A DNA stretch of 63,316 nt, the filler included, from Folioceros fuciformis (lineage: Eukaryota): NCBI GenBank assembly GCA_049999805.1. It is 8 parts of 8 records of this genome, joined end to end, with 100 filler letters (N's around TTAATTAATTAA, not from the genome) between each part and the next. Parts side by side here need not be neighbours in the genome. Positions count along the whole stretch, not along the records: positions 49,705 to 54,038 come from JBNGIO010001969.1; positions 54,139 to 60,130 come from JBNGIO010001970.1; positions 60,231 to 63,316 come from JBNGIO010001972.1; 5 more parts are not named here. One strand, written 5' to 3'. Below are positions 50,200 to 62,329 of this stretch, piece by piece; position 1 is the stretch's first letter; every line of letters starts with the position of its first letter. The notes below the pieces were generated by a model. That model saw only the letters and a program-made list of their open reading frames with translations, was not told the origin of the DNA and ran no database searches. The translations under genes were made by a program, and so were the position numbers.

Positions 50200-52849
50200 C
50201 GGTTATTAAATCGTCTAAACTGTAAATGTGAAAGTACCTGAACAGTTTGTTTTTGTTCTTAACATAATGGCTCCTGCTTTTCTAATACTCCCACTTAGTT
50301 GAAGCATGTTTCAGTTCTAAGGGGAAATTAAGGCCTATAAAAGTACTGATGATGAATGCACGGTTGCATGCATATTGTGACACTCCTACACATGTCTGAG
50401 TTACTCTCCACGATTACTCTCCAATGCTTTCTATAACTAGAGCTATGGCAGTCTTGAATCCTCTAAAGCTGGCGTCTTGGTGCTCTCAATCTTGTGTCTT
50501 GCTTCCTTCTATAGAGCTCTATCTTCTTCTTCCAGCAGCTGTTGCTAGCGTTGATTTGTGTGATCAGCCATGGGTGATGTCACACAAGGCGTGAAGTGCT
50601 TAGGCTGTGACAAGATCTGGATTCCTGTCAAAAAGTTCTTTGAGAGACAGCCATGTCTTCATGCAATGAACTGCCTTGATTCTAACATAATATGTTTCGA
50701 GTCTCCAGCTGGTGTGCCACTTCCTTTGGATAGCTCAAAAGGAAAAATGGCGAGAAGGGTACAAAACTTTGATGATAAGGGCATTCCTCAAAAGGTGTTC
50801 GCAGCTCCAGCAGCCGACTTCCACAAGATGACCTACAAGGAAACTAAAGAGAAGAGCAAGGCAGGCATAGCATGGGTAGCTCTCATGCCCAACCCTGAAG
50901 AGGTGAAGGCCTCCTTGAAGGTCTCCCTTCCTGTGGATTCTAATGATGAGGCCTACATGGAGAAGGAGTGGGGATACAAGCCTGCCAGGACTGTTAAGAA
51001 CATAAAGAAGAAAGGTAACAAGGAAACCTAGCGACATGTGTTCAAGTGCTAGCAGCTGATGATTTGTGGTGCCAAAAACTTATCATCACTATGGGTTTCT
51101 AGCTTTGATAGAAGAGTTTGCCAAAAACGGGTGATGCTAGAAAGGTCTGATGAAGACACTCAGGAAACATAACAAGCTCCCACTGGATGATTAGCCACAC
51201 AAATCTAGTAATGGGCAGTGCCCTTAGTGTCAGCAATAGGAATCTCACAAATGCCAGCAGAAGCAGTGTGCTTCTCATGTAATAGTTTCGAAAGGGCCTT
51301 TGTTAGAAGGTCCAAAACATTGTCTGTAGTAGAAACATATGACACTGTTACCTCTCCTGAATCTGCTGCTTGACGAATGAAATGGTGGCTGATTTCGATG
51401 TGCTTCGACCTTGCATGGAAAACTGGATTTCGGGAGAGTGCGATGATGGATTGATTGTCACAATATAATGGAGTCGGTACTGTCTGGGGTTGCTGTAGTC
51501 CGTTGAGGAAACTTCGTATCCATATGATCTCCTTGGAAGCTTGGGTCATTGCTGCAAATTCGGCTTCCATTGAAGAGAGACATATGGTAGAAAGCTTCTT
51601 GCTGGACCATGAAACAGCTGATGTGCCTAGGAAAGTGCAATAGGCAGCTACACTTTGTCGCATATCAGGATCCCCCACCCAATCCGCATCGCAATAAGCC
51701 GAAAGGTCCAAGCCATGGGAAGACTTGGAAAAACGCAAGCCAAGGCGAGAAGTGCCTTTTAAGTAGCGAAAAATTCTTTTGACAGCAGTCTAGTGATGCT
51801 GGCCTGGATTCTCTAAGAATTGGCTCACAGCTCCCAGTGCACAAGTGATGTCCATGCGGGTCCAACCAAAAAGGTAGATCAGAGAGCCCACAGCTTGACG
51901 GTAGGGAATGTTGGCCATAAACTTTTTCTCCTCATTGATGGTAGAACACTGTTTGACAGACAGCTTTTCACCTAAAGCCATGGGGGTTGCCACTGGTTTA
52001 GCATCAAGCATGTTGAAGCGTTGGAGAAGCTATCTCACAAAGTGTTCTTGGTGGATGTCGATGATGCCTGCAGTCGAATGAAGATGAAACTGGATACCAA
52101 GGGAGAAGGTAAGTTCGCAAGATCAGTCATATCAAACTTAGAGAGCAGGATCAACTTAATTCTAGCCATAAGAGTGGCAAAGTTGCTGAAGAGGAAGTTG
52201 TCATCGACATAAACAGTGAGAATCAAAAAGTCTTCTCCATCCCGAAGAATGTAAACACTCGTGTCAGCATCCAAGCAAGTGAAACCAAGCTCCATCAAGA
52301 GCTTGTGAAAAACTTCATACCAAGCTCGTGAAGCCTACTTGAGCCCATACAGAGTTTTGAGAAGCTTGCAAACCTTGTCCTTCTCAATGATGAAACCCTC
52401 AGGCTGAGTCATGTATATGTCTTCCTCTAGCAAGCCATTGAGAGAAAGGCTGTTCTAATGTCCAGTTGGTGCACGAGAAGGCTGTAATGAACTGCAAGGG
52501 CTAATAGAATGCGAACACAGGTAGACTTGACAACAGGAGCAAATGTTTCATTATAGTCTAGACTTGAAATTTGACTATAGCCCTTGGCCACTAGACGAGC
52601 TTTGTACCTTCCAACAGATCCATCAGTGTTCAGCGTTTTCTTAAAGACCCACTGGCACTGAACAGCCTTTCGACCAGGTGGGAGGTCCACTAACTTCCAT
52701 GTTTTGTTCTGAAGAAGGGACTTATACTCTAAATCTATGGCTGCCTGCCAAAAAACGGCCTCAGGGCCAGCTAAAGCTTCAATGTAAGTTAGAGGTTCGC
52801 CTAGGGAAGCTGTAACACTAAGGACACTAGCTGGAGAGTAAAGGCTGTG
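50200..52849 (-). mobile_element. Ty1/Copia RT-RNase H, long 3' region, PPT (50288-50297) and LTR start at 50287
   Basis: EPLTYIEAL, RYKARLVAKGY, TVYVDD, YCDADW, FHARSKHIEISHHFIR; PPT taagtgggag. The LTR extent is uncertain. Confidence 0.9.
50570..51031 (+). CDS. Intact 153-aa antisense ORF inside the Copia 3' region (unknown; possible C2HC zinc motif)
   Basis: gccATGG start; CLGC...HAMNC; basic C-terminus; lies between the RNase H stop (51205) and the PPT. Confidence 0.55.
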   Translation: MGDVTQGVKCLGCDKIWIPVKKFFERQPCLHAMNCLDSNIICFESPAGVPLPLDSSKGKMARRVQNFDDKGIPQKVFAAPAADFHKMTYKETKEKSKAGIAWVALMPNPEEVKASLKVSLPVDSNDEAYMEKEWGYKPARTVKNIKKKGNKET

Positions 52850-54038
52850 TGTGGTGGCAAAACCCCGGGCACTGTTTGCCAACGGGTTCAACCTTTAGCG
52901 GCCACACTTATCCCACTGTCATTGAGACATTGGTTTTCGTTCCTACGAAGGAGCGATGGGGTTCCTAGCTGCTTTGGATGGAGGGTCGGACTCAACCGAC
53001 TCGATGACGGATTCGAGGGCTCCCCTCCAACTCCGATTAGGTGTGGGACAGTCCTCGCTGTCCAAAAATCAATTGCACCTCTCTTGGTGCCCACAAACTC
53101 ACTCCAGTCACTACAACGACCCTAACTTCTCAAATCTATGACTTCCCTCACTTCACTTCACTCACTCACTCTCTCCAACACCAGCACTAGCAACAACTAG
53201 CAACGACACCACTAGCTTCTACGCTTTCCTATGGACTCCCCCTACCCGGCAAGAGTCACTAGACTAACCCCAAAGAAAAGTATGCCGCCACCCACGATCC
53301 TACCAAACACCATACAAGCACAGTCGGCACTCACTCCAACCTTGCGAGGAAACGAAAATGATAGATTATGGGGACACAACACGAAGAGCACGATCAAGAA
53401 TTAAAAGGGACCCCGCCCTTAACCCTGGCCACCACTTCTCAAAGCTTTACCAGACGTTGCACACATGCACAGCTGGCACACATTGTTGTATCCAAGCAGG
53501 GACAGCCTGAGAGAGCTCGCAAAGTGACAACCTGCCTCCTACAGGCTCATCTGATCTTATAGGAGCCTCTCTCTCTCTGACTTCACCTCTCTCTATCTTG
53601 ATAAATATTATTTTAATAGGACCACTAGCCTAGCCGGCTGTCACCAGCCACTTATTTAGACTTCCCTAGCACATCTTGCCACCAATGAGCTGACCCTACA
53701 GCCTGCTGACCCTACCACCACAAGGATCTATCACCTCTTAGACTATTGTGAGACTTCGGAGGATGCCTGATCTTCAAAGATCTGCGGACGCCGCCTCTTC
53801 CTTGCTGCATGGTCGCCCGCTAAGCCTTCCTCTGCAACTATTCCCCCTTGGTGGTTGAGCTTGCTTCCAAGAGAGGAGTATGAGCAGTGGGAAAGATAGA
53901 GAAGAGGTGGGAAGGAGTGGGATCAACAGCCGGAACCTGGCCTGAAAGCGGCAGGTTATTCAGTAGAATTAGCTTCCAACCAAAGTGGTTCCTCGGCCAT
54001 AGAAGACTGACCCCGGGGTGCTGGAATAGGCCCTGAAC
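52850..54038 (+). mobile_element. LTR-like repeat family A, copy 3, inserted in Copia pol
   Basis: Collinear with 41781-42960. Confidence 0.85.
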
Positions 54039-54138
54039 NNNNNNNNNNNNNNNNNNNNNNNNNNNNNNNNNNNNNNNNNNNNTTAATTAATTAANNNNNN
54101 NNNNNNNNNNNNNNNNNNNNNNNNNNNNNNNNNNNNNN

Positions 54139-54931
54139 ATCTGGAGAGTTGCTGCGAGATTTTGAGGTGTTTGTGAGCGGCTATGAAAGCCTATGGAGAC
54201 CCATGAGAGATTGTGAGGGATTGTGGGGAGTTGTGAAGGATTTGTTGGAGATTGGTGGGCATTGCTGAAGATGAAAGCCCTTGGGGGCAGGCCTGCGAGA
54301 ATAATTGTGATCCAGAGCCCTTATGTGTGTTTTGTATGTGTGTGGAGTGTTGCATGAGTGAGTGGGGAGGTGTGGCTGATCCGCAAGGCTTTGTTCCCCA
54401 AGGATTAGCCCTTGCATGTGTGGGGAAGCATGGAATAACCCAGCTCTGTGAGTCTGGAAGGTCTAAGGCAGAAACCCATGGCTGGAAACCCGTGGCGGCG
54501 CCTGAGCCGAAAATAATTAGTTAGGGTTTGGGGTGGGATCCACCACGGAGGTAGCCGAAGTGGCTACCGGTAGTTGACAGACCACGGAGGTAGCCGAAGC
54601 GGCTACCGGTAGTCGAAAGACAACGGTAGTAGTCCACTGGGGAACGAAGGGTAGCCCAGTGGGCAACCAAGAGTAGTCCAAGGGGGGTAGTCCCTGGAGC
54701 GACTGGGTGGTAGGAGAGTCGTCCGGTGGGAGAAGTAAGGGGGCTGGGTAAGGAGCGAGCACTGGACGTGTGTGCGTGGGTCAGTCGAGTTTAGGTGCTA
54801 ATTGACTTTAGAAGCTAACCTGTGTAGTTTAACACGAATCATTCCCTTGGGATCGAATCCCAGAGCTACAACGACATAGAGGGCTTGTGTGGACCTCGCG
54901 GTACCCCCGGGTACCATATTTTAACCCCACA
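54139..54931 (-). mobile_element. LTR-like repeat family B, copy 2 (terminus TGTGGGG on minus strand at 54931)
   Basis: Collinear with ~25400-26095. Confidence 0.75.
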
Positions 54932-55232
54932 GCGATGCATAAAGCAGGTGAGCTCCCAATGTTGGGGAGCACACTCCGCGATGGTGGAAACGCTCATAAC
55001 TCAGGCGACGCCCGACAATAAGCTCAAGACATCGACGTTCATGAGGAATTGGGTTGCCGGCACCCTAGCTTGTAGTGTGTACATAGACTATGTGGCGCTC
55101 ACAATGTTTCCGCAGGATCGGCACTGTGCAGCAGCTTGGGACACGCGGCGGAGAGTGATGGATAGCCCTGTTATTATTGAGTAAGTGCAATTGGCTGTAG
55201 TGCAATTGTGTGCCAGAGTGTGGAACTTATAG

Positions 55233-55967
55233 TTGCACACTCTGGATGTGTTACTTATGGTTGCACACTCTATGTGTGCACCCATAGTTGCACACCCACA
55301 ATGTGAAACTATTGGCTGTAGTGCAATTTCCTGTTTTAGTAGTGCAACATATTTACTAAACACTGGTGGCAGGCAGCGACAGGGGATATCATATCACATA
55401 TCCCATTCTTCTGCGATCGTGCCGCTGGCAACCGCTGTGTGGGGACTGTTCCGTGGGTTTGGGGCAGTTGACGGTTTTCCCTTGTCTGCTAAATGGAGTA
55501 CTAAAGAACCAACGTATGGGCAGGTACGCGCATGTATGACAGAAGGACAAATTGCGACATTGTGCATGGTTTTGTGCCCTACACGTTTCCCTAGCATCGA
55601 GGAAGGGAAAGAGGGGGAAGGTGCCTACCTCCTCATGCAGGCTGCGTTGCGTGCCCTGTCCTCGGACATGGCTTTGCAGACCAAAAGAATCGGGACTCCT
55701 AAGGCGACGTGGTACTCACTTCATCGGGGTTCATTCAAGGAGCTGATGAAGCTGGCGCTCCTGCAGGCACCTGAGTGCAGCAAACTTGCCTGGGCGCAGA
55801 TACACACAGTGCCAACATCCGTGCTCGGACAAATTCTGCAGAGCGCTGCGCGAGAGCTATCAGCCAGCCAATGGAACAAGGATGTCTGGCTTGCACGTGG
55901 TGCAAAGAAGAGGGCTGCAGTGCGCACAGCCAGTGATCCGCCACGTCAGCGTGGTAGAAGGCGATAG
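55233..55967 (+). CDS. Unknown protein exon in transposon-like DNA (probably spliced to an upstream exon ~54932-55181)
   Basis: 244-codon open frame with protein-like composition in its 3' two-thirds and a basic C-terminus; no family recognised. Confidence 0.4.
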   Translation: MHTLDVLLMVAHSMCAPIVAHPQCETIGCSAISCFSSATYLLNTGGRQRQGISYHISHSSAIVPLATAVWGLFRGFGAVDGFPLSAKWSTKEPTYGQVRACMTEGQIATLCMVLCPTRFPSIEEGKEGEGAYLLMQAALRALSSDMALQTKRIGTPKATWYSLHRGSFKELMKLALLQAPECSKLAWAQIHTVPTSVLGQILQSAARELSASQWNKDVWLARGAKKRAAVRTASDPPRQRGRRR

Positions 55968-56299
55968 GTGATATCACGGGGTGATAGGTAGGACATAGTG
56001 GTACATAACAGGCGATGCCTGATTTTTTCTGTGTAACTTTTGGTGTAGTGGAACCGGTGTTCCACTACACCAAAAGTTACACAGAAATTGCACTAACTTT
56101 ATGTGGAAAGAATGATATGCGCAATTTTGGGTCGCCTTGCTTTTTGAAACTTATGGCGCACGTGACTTTTCCCGCGACCCGGGACTGCATTCAAGAGGAA
56201 GGACAGGGTGACTGACGTTTGAATCCTGCAATGGGCATGCGTTGAGTGTCAGCAGCCAAGTATCCTCTGGCGAGGAGGTCGTCGCATGCCTGATCGAAA

Positions 56300-57018
56300 A
56301 TGGACAAGGCAAGGCTCTTGGAGTGGGCGCAGAAAGGTGGGCAGCAGAATCCCGTCTACCGTCAGAGGCGATCGGGTGCGCCGCATGCGCCCTCGTTTAG
56401 CGCATGCGTTACCGTGTGCTCCGTCACCGCCGAAAGCGGAGAGGGTTTTCGCACTTTGAAGGGCGCCCAGAACGCAGCTGCGAGGTCATTGTGCGAACTC
56501 CTGGAGGGTTTGCTGAAGCAACGCGGGGGTGCAAGGAGGGGACGCGAATGTCGGATTTGCAGCATTGTGTGTACATTTGTTCTTGGCTCATTTTCACTGC
56601 TAATTGTTCTGTGTGTGCTTGTGGAAATCTTAATCTCACACATTCACTGTGTGTGCTTCAGGACATCAGCTACAAAAATACGTTGCAGGAGTACACGCAG
56701 GCCCGTCGGCTTGAATATCCAGAGTACTCGACCACCAGGAGCGGAAAGGAGCATGACCCGATGTACGTGAGCACGGTACGTGTCGACGGAATTGTTATGA
56801 GGGGGGGTTTGGGAGTCACCAAGCGGGAAGCTGAGAACAAGGCAGCAAAGGACGCGTGTGAGGTACTCATTCCTTCACTCACAGGGGTGAAGCGGATAAG
56901 GGAAGATGGTGCTCGTATGTCCATTGACCAATTTGTGAAGCACAAAAATATGGGGGGCGGACTATTTGTATGCTCCAACCGTAATAGCGGTGATGTACAG
57001 TTAGTGCAGGGAGTTTAG
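56300..57018 (+). CDS. Double dsRNA-binding-domain protein (DRB/HYL1-like), 2 exons
   Basis: dsRBD1 KARLLEWAQK..NPVY..SGAPHAPSFSACVTV...GFRTLKGAQNAAA; dsRBD2 YKNTLQEYTQ..YPEY..SGKEHDPMYVSTVRV...TKREAENKAAKDA. Probable phase-0 intron 56567-56661; the donor is tentative. Confidence 0.85.
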
Positions 57019-57449
57019 TAGTAGTGCAGGTAACCACCATTTTGTACTTAGTGTTCATCCATTCTTGGAATGCAAAATAAGGTTGCACTTTGAGAGTGTG
57101 CAACCTAGTACACTACACGATAGTGGAACCTAGTGCTGCACGCTATATATAGTGCATATGTACGCTGTTGTAGCGACATGACGAAGCGGACGAAGAAGGT
57201 CGGAATCGGCGGCAATGAAGCGGACGAAGAAGGTTGGAATTGTCGGCAACTATGGTACACGATACGTTTTTTTTTCTACCTTTTTTATTCATATTCTTTT
57301 TTTTTATTTTTATTTTTAATCCCCGCATGCGCCATATAATATATTTAATGCGCTCGTTCTTTTGTTTTTTGCCATATGCCTATAAGGGGACAATAGGTAG
57401 ATGACGTCTATTTATTTTTTGGGTGCAAGGTCAACAATGGTTTAAGAAG

Positions 57450-57690
57450 TAAGGTACCTAAGTGAATTAATGTTTAAGACAATAACGGTACCTAAGCGAA
57501 CCCATGGGCACCCTAAAACCCTACAGTACCTAAGGGTACATTAGGGTTCCCTTACGTAGGTTAGGGTACCTAATGGTACCCCAAACTACCAATGGGAACC
57601 TTAAGGTACCTCAAACTACCTATGGGAACCTTAAGGTACCTCAAACTACCTATGGGAACTCTAAACTACCATAAAGGGAACCCCAAACTA
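57450..57690. repeat. Cluster of short palindrome-rich repeats including 30-bp tandem units
   Basis: tgggaaccttaaggtacctcaaactaccta occurs 2-3 times (~57593-57670); many ggtacc/ccttaagg sites. Confidence 0.8.
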
Positions 57691-58552
57691 CGAAGAAAAA
57701 GGGTCCCTAAAATGCCCAAGATACTGTAAATCCCTTAAACTATCCTTACCCATTTTCATCAAGGGCTTCAAAGTGTTCATGGCGTGACCGACTAAGCATG
57801 TGGATGAGGACGACGGTACTTCTCACGTTTTCGATTATAAGACCCCGGATGAAGCTGTGGTCTTGTTGAGAGAAACTTCTACCGTAATGGGACGTTCTGA
57901 GACTTACTGCCATGCAAGATAGGTATTAGTTGTGCACACATCTGGTATCATCTTCTCTCATGAGCCGTTTTTTGCAACATTCTACTCTGGTCTTTGACAA
58001 CTGATAGTCTTGAACATGACCAGATGGCATTGATCTTCAAAGCATCAAAAGCAGAACATACAATGACATTCTGGACAAATCCTGCACTCGAAAGGTCAGA
58101 AAATGCAGTACCGAGTTTATGAATGCTCGATATCTCGACTTCTACAACCCAGAAAAAATTGGGTTTTGTATGGGTAGATAAATCTCGTTTAGATCTATCC
58201 GATAGTGTTAAAATGGATTTTACATGACCTCCCTAAGTCCAGAAATCGAGCATTCTAAAAGTAAACGCATATCTATTGAAAACTGCAAAATGCAAAATGC
58301 ATATGAAAAAGCTGCATCATAATGGACGTAGTTGGTAAGCTCAGATTGATGCATACCTAATAAAGATCTCCATGTACATAACACTTGATATGAGATAAAT
58401 TTTAGTTTCTTAGGGATTTTGACTTTGTATGGTTTTACCCCTTTTCAGGTATTTTGACTTTTAAGGGATTTTGACCAAAGGTTGCAAAAAACGGGACAAA
58501 AAGGCTACACAACAGGGTTGAGGATGTGAGGGCACACACATTGATAGATCCA

Positions 58553-58970
58553 ATGGATAATTGTGAGGGCAAACAAGCTGTGACTACAGTACTACAGAGT
58601 AGTTGTACCGAGGACACTCAATAGCACATATGCACAGTTGTTCCACTTTGTTCCTTGTAAATGCATGGTCTCATGGCAACACATTTTGCATAGAAGGGAA
58701 TCGTAGTTATTGAGGTTCACAACCTGCATGGAAGGTTCATGGATGCCATAAATTGGATGCACATACATTGATAGATGCAATGGATAAGGGGGCAAACAAA
58801 CTACGTCAAACTACAGAGTAGTTGTACGGAGGACACTCAAAAGCACATATGCACAAGTCCTGAACTTTTGTGTAGGTTGTGTGTGTTGTTGCAGCAAATG
58901 AAAGGCATGCAACTGTTTTTGGGACACCAATAACGCATGCAACTGTTTTTGGGACACCAATAATGCATGC
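58553..58970. repeat. Direct repeats: ~80-bp pair (58553-58640, 58780-58858) and 30-bp tandem pair (58906-58970)
   Basis: actacagagtagttgtac.gaggacactcaa.agcacatatgcaca twice; catgcaactgtttttgggacaccaataa twice. Confidence 0.8.
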
Positions 58971-59475
58971 AACCTTATCGCCTTTACGATGTCTCTTTTC
59001 AGACAAGCGACCCTCGATCATCGGGGTTGATCCGCTGTCTTGCAACCCGGTGTCCCGTAGCCAGGTATGTGCTGTTTGCCCTCATTCGTTTTTGCCACTA
59101 CTAGTTCTACAACTGAATTGAGGTCATGTTGGCCTTCCACCTCCACCTCCACCTCCACTTCCGCCTCCGCCTGCCGAGCTTCCACCGCCATCAGGTACCT
59201 AAGTGAACTACCAAGGTTGTTCGGTAGTGTGCAACACTCTGGATAGTTCCACACTAATAGTTCCTATATCGTAACTTGTAGTTCACTTGTATGCAACGTA
59301 CACTCTAGATGTGTTACTTATAGTTGCACACTCTGTGTGTGCAACTATGTGAGTGTGTCCCAAAAGTCGCGCAAATTGAGTGTGCACCAATGAGTTCCAC
59401 TCAGCGATTGTGTACCAAAAGTCACGCACAGCGTGTGTGTGACTCTCATCTCTGAGTGCACAATAAAATGAATAT

Positions 59476-60010
59476 TTAGTTCCTATATCGTAAATTCTTT
59501 TGAAGACGACCTGCCCTAGTCTTCGTGCCCGAGGCCGTTGGCGAGCTCAGCGTGGTGTCTAGTCTACGTGCCTCCCTTTCCGCTCGGCGACGTTTCTTTC
59601 TAGACAGGCGAGCCTTGCTCATCGGGGGTGTGGCCGGAACACCTTTCTCTGCCGCCCGTGTCTTGGGTTCCGGTGTGACGTAGCCAGGTGTCGGCACACA
59701 GCCCTCCTTGCTCTTCCGTTTCTTCCTTCTCCTTTGGCGGTCATCATGCTTGCCCTGTACCTGGTCCTCTGTAACCACGACTACTGCCTCCGTGCATACT
59801 TCCTCCTGAGCTTCGACCTCCACTTGGGGAGCTTCCACCTCCCCCGCTGTCAGCTCCTTGCCCTTCTTCCGTTTAGTCCCTCTGTTTAAGCGGTCCTGTA
59901 CCTGGACCGCTACGACTTCTACTACCTGCGTGGACACTAAATCCTGCCCGGCTTCGACCTCCACCTGCGCAGCTTCCAGATCCCCTGCTGTCTGCTCATG
60001 TAAGTGCTTG
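59476..60010 (-). other. Low-complexity K/R/E/V-rich coding-like segment with a degenerate duplicate at ~58970-59200
   Basis: EAAQVEVEA repeats; PGYVTPEPKT...PMSKARLSRKKRR versus PGYGTPGCKT / PMIEGRLSEKRHR. Confidence 0.4.
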
Positions 60011-61391
60011 CGCTGTAAGTTGCCCTGTAAGTTGTGGAATGTTTGGTTGTGTAAGAACAAATACAAGAAGCATAAGTGGAACAGTTGGTTCCACAAACAA
60101 TAGAACACCTTCAAATAGACCCCATACCTGNNNNNNNNNNNNNNNNNNNNNNNNNNNNNNNNNNNNNNNNNNNNTTAATTAATTAANNNNNNNNNNNNNN
60201 NNNNNNNNNNNNNNNNNNNNNNNNNNNNNNGATTGCTTCTTGCCTCCTTTATTATCTTTCCCCTTCCAAGGTCCTTTAGCTTTAGTATATAGGACCTTGT
60301 CGCCTCTGAAGCAAGTGCCTGACTTGCTCCAACTTTAGCTTTGCTCCTCTTGCAGGAGTGCCCCAATAACTTCATTGATGTTCAAGAAAAAGGGTTGACC
60401 AGCTGCTATAGCTTTGAAGGAGTCATGAAGAGCTGAATTCAGACTGGAAACAAAATTCTGGTAGGATGAAGGCAAGCTGGACAGCAGTTGGGCAATCGCG
60501 TTCAAATCAGACATCTTGCTCCCTTGTGCGGCTAGTTGTGCCCGCAGGGTGCGCATCCGAGTGACGTGTGCCCCAACAGAGTCCCCTTCTTTCATCCTCA
60601 AACCATAGAATTCATTTCGTACAGAAACCAAGGTGAGTATGTTGTTAACTTGGTAAGTCTTCGTGAGCTGATCCCAAACTTCAGCAGCTGTCTCTAGAAA
60701 GTACACTTCAGTTACTGTCACTTCATCAAGTCCAGACAGTAAGATAGCAAATGCGACTTTGTTCCCGTTCTTCCACTTCTCAATCTCATCAGCTGACCCT
60801 GGTGGATTTGTTTTTGCAAAATCAGGAAGGGAGCCATCTATATACTCCTAGACATCATGAGCATTGAGGTTAGCTTTCATCCGAGCTCTCCAGCTCTCAA
60901 ATCGTGATTGCTTTCCATCAAATCGATCCTTCTCCTTAAACTCTCATGAGTAACTATACCTTATTGCAGGATTAGCTGAAGAAGGATTAGTCGCCATAGT
61001 TTTGATGTTGCTCACAGATGGTATGGATGGGTTGGTGTATAACCAGGAGAAGACATCTTCCTCTGAATCACTATCACTGTCAGCAGGGGACTTCATCATA
61101 GCCTGGACTACAAACGAGGACCAAAAAAGTACGCTCGGGAGGAGGCCAACCCAAAACTGAAGCGGTAAGCCAAAAGTGGAAGTTAGGTCAAAAGGAGTCG
61201 CAAAATAAAATAAACCAACTTAACCCTAAAAAACTATGTCCCATGATAATAACTGACATAACTGCTTGTACTTGCAAGTGGACGTGGAGGGAATAGACCT
61301 ATAGGCTGTAGACACCTAGAGCTCTACAGGTTTGACAGCTAACAACCGTTTTTCTCACGAATGTTCGTCTGAATCTACTGAACAGGAAGCT

Positions 61392-61919
61392 TCATAGACA
61401 GGCCCAAAAGATTTGTGAATTCCACTCATGCACTGATCCACCATTCTCTTGAGATGGAGCCTTAGGTGGGAACGTTGTTGGCACACATAGAGCAGCCACA
61501 GGTGGGTGAACTGAATAATCATGTGCTCCTTCTCCAGAATCACCATGAACTCCAAGAAGAGTTGTAATCACTGAAGAAAACTGCTGCAAGGCCACTGCAA
61601 CTTGTTCCAGTGCAGATTTGATGAAGAGCAGCCCAATTCCTGTGTTGGAAGAGACTTGCTGCAAAAGAGCCTCAATCTCCTTTTGTTTGTCATTGAATTT
61701 CCTGTCAAAATCAATGCTTGACTCCCTGTTAAAATACTGACATCCTGAGTGGTGGTCGCAGGTGTTATTTCTTCTACTCGACTCACCGCTACTCGAAGAC
61801 TGTCTTAAAGAAGAGGAAGGGCTACGACATGACAAACCTTGTAGCATAGAAAAATCTAGAGAGGGGGTGTTTTCCCCAACATTGGGTACATGGTACCTGT
61901 TTATATTTTTCCGAGGCAT
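61392..61919 (-). CDS. Intact 175-aa ORF between the PBS and gag of a Copia element (unknown)
   Basis: ATG to stop, same sense as gag; Ser-rich then helical (DKQKEIEALLQQV...ALEQVAVALQQF). Confidence 0.5.
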   Translation of the reverse strand: MPRKNINRYHVPNVGENTPSLDFSMLQGLSCRSPSSSLRQSSSSGESSRRNNTCDHHSGCQYFNRESSIDFDRKFNDKQKEIEALLQQVSSNTGIGLLFIKSALEQVAVALQQFSSVITTLLGVHGDSGEGAHDYSVHPPVAALCVPTTFPPKAPSQENGGSVHEWNSQIFWACL

Positions 61920-62138
61920 TTCAGAGTAGTGGATAGTTAAGGAATAGGCTGCTCAGATCCATTATAAACACTAAAAGTGCTCTACGCAAGTTGGCGAAGA
62001 AGAATTTTCAGCCAATCTCTACCTTCATATTTCGTGAAGGTGGAGGTAGGCTGAAAAACCCTTCCTTCACTAGCTATGCCTAGCACATTGTGTCTAAAGT
62101 GGATAGATTACAGCGGAAGACTCAGAGCATCAAACCCT

Positions 62139-62150
62139 GCTATGATACCA
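62139..62150 (-). promoter_or_regulatory. Primer-binding site (tRNA-iMet type)
   Basis: TGGTATCATAGC, one mismatch from the canonical TGGTATCAGAGC. Confidence 0.85.
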
Positions 62151-62329
62151 TGATACTAAACTTTCTAACATAGAACACAAAAAGAATGTTGTATATTAAA
62201 AGTAAAACTGTTCAATAAACAATAGTCTTATATAGTCTTAAGTAAACCCTAGGTTAAACTAACTAGCCTAACCTGTGAGGTTAACTAACCAAGGGTTAAC
62301 TAACTAGGGGTTAACCAAACCCTAACACA

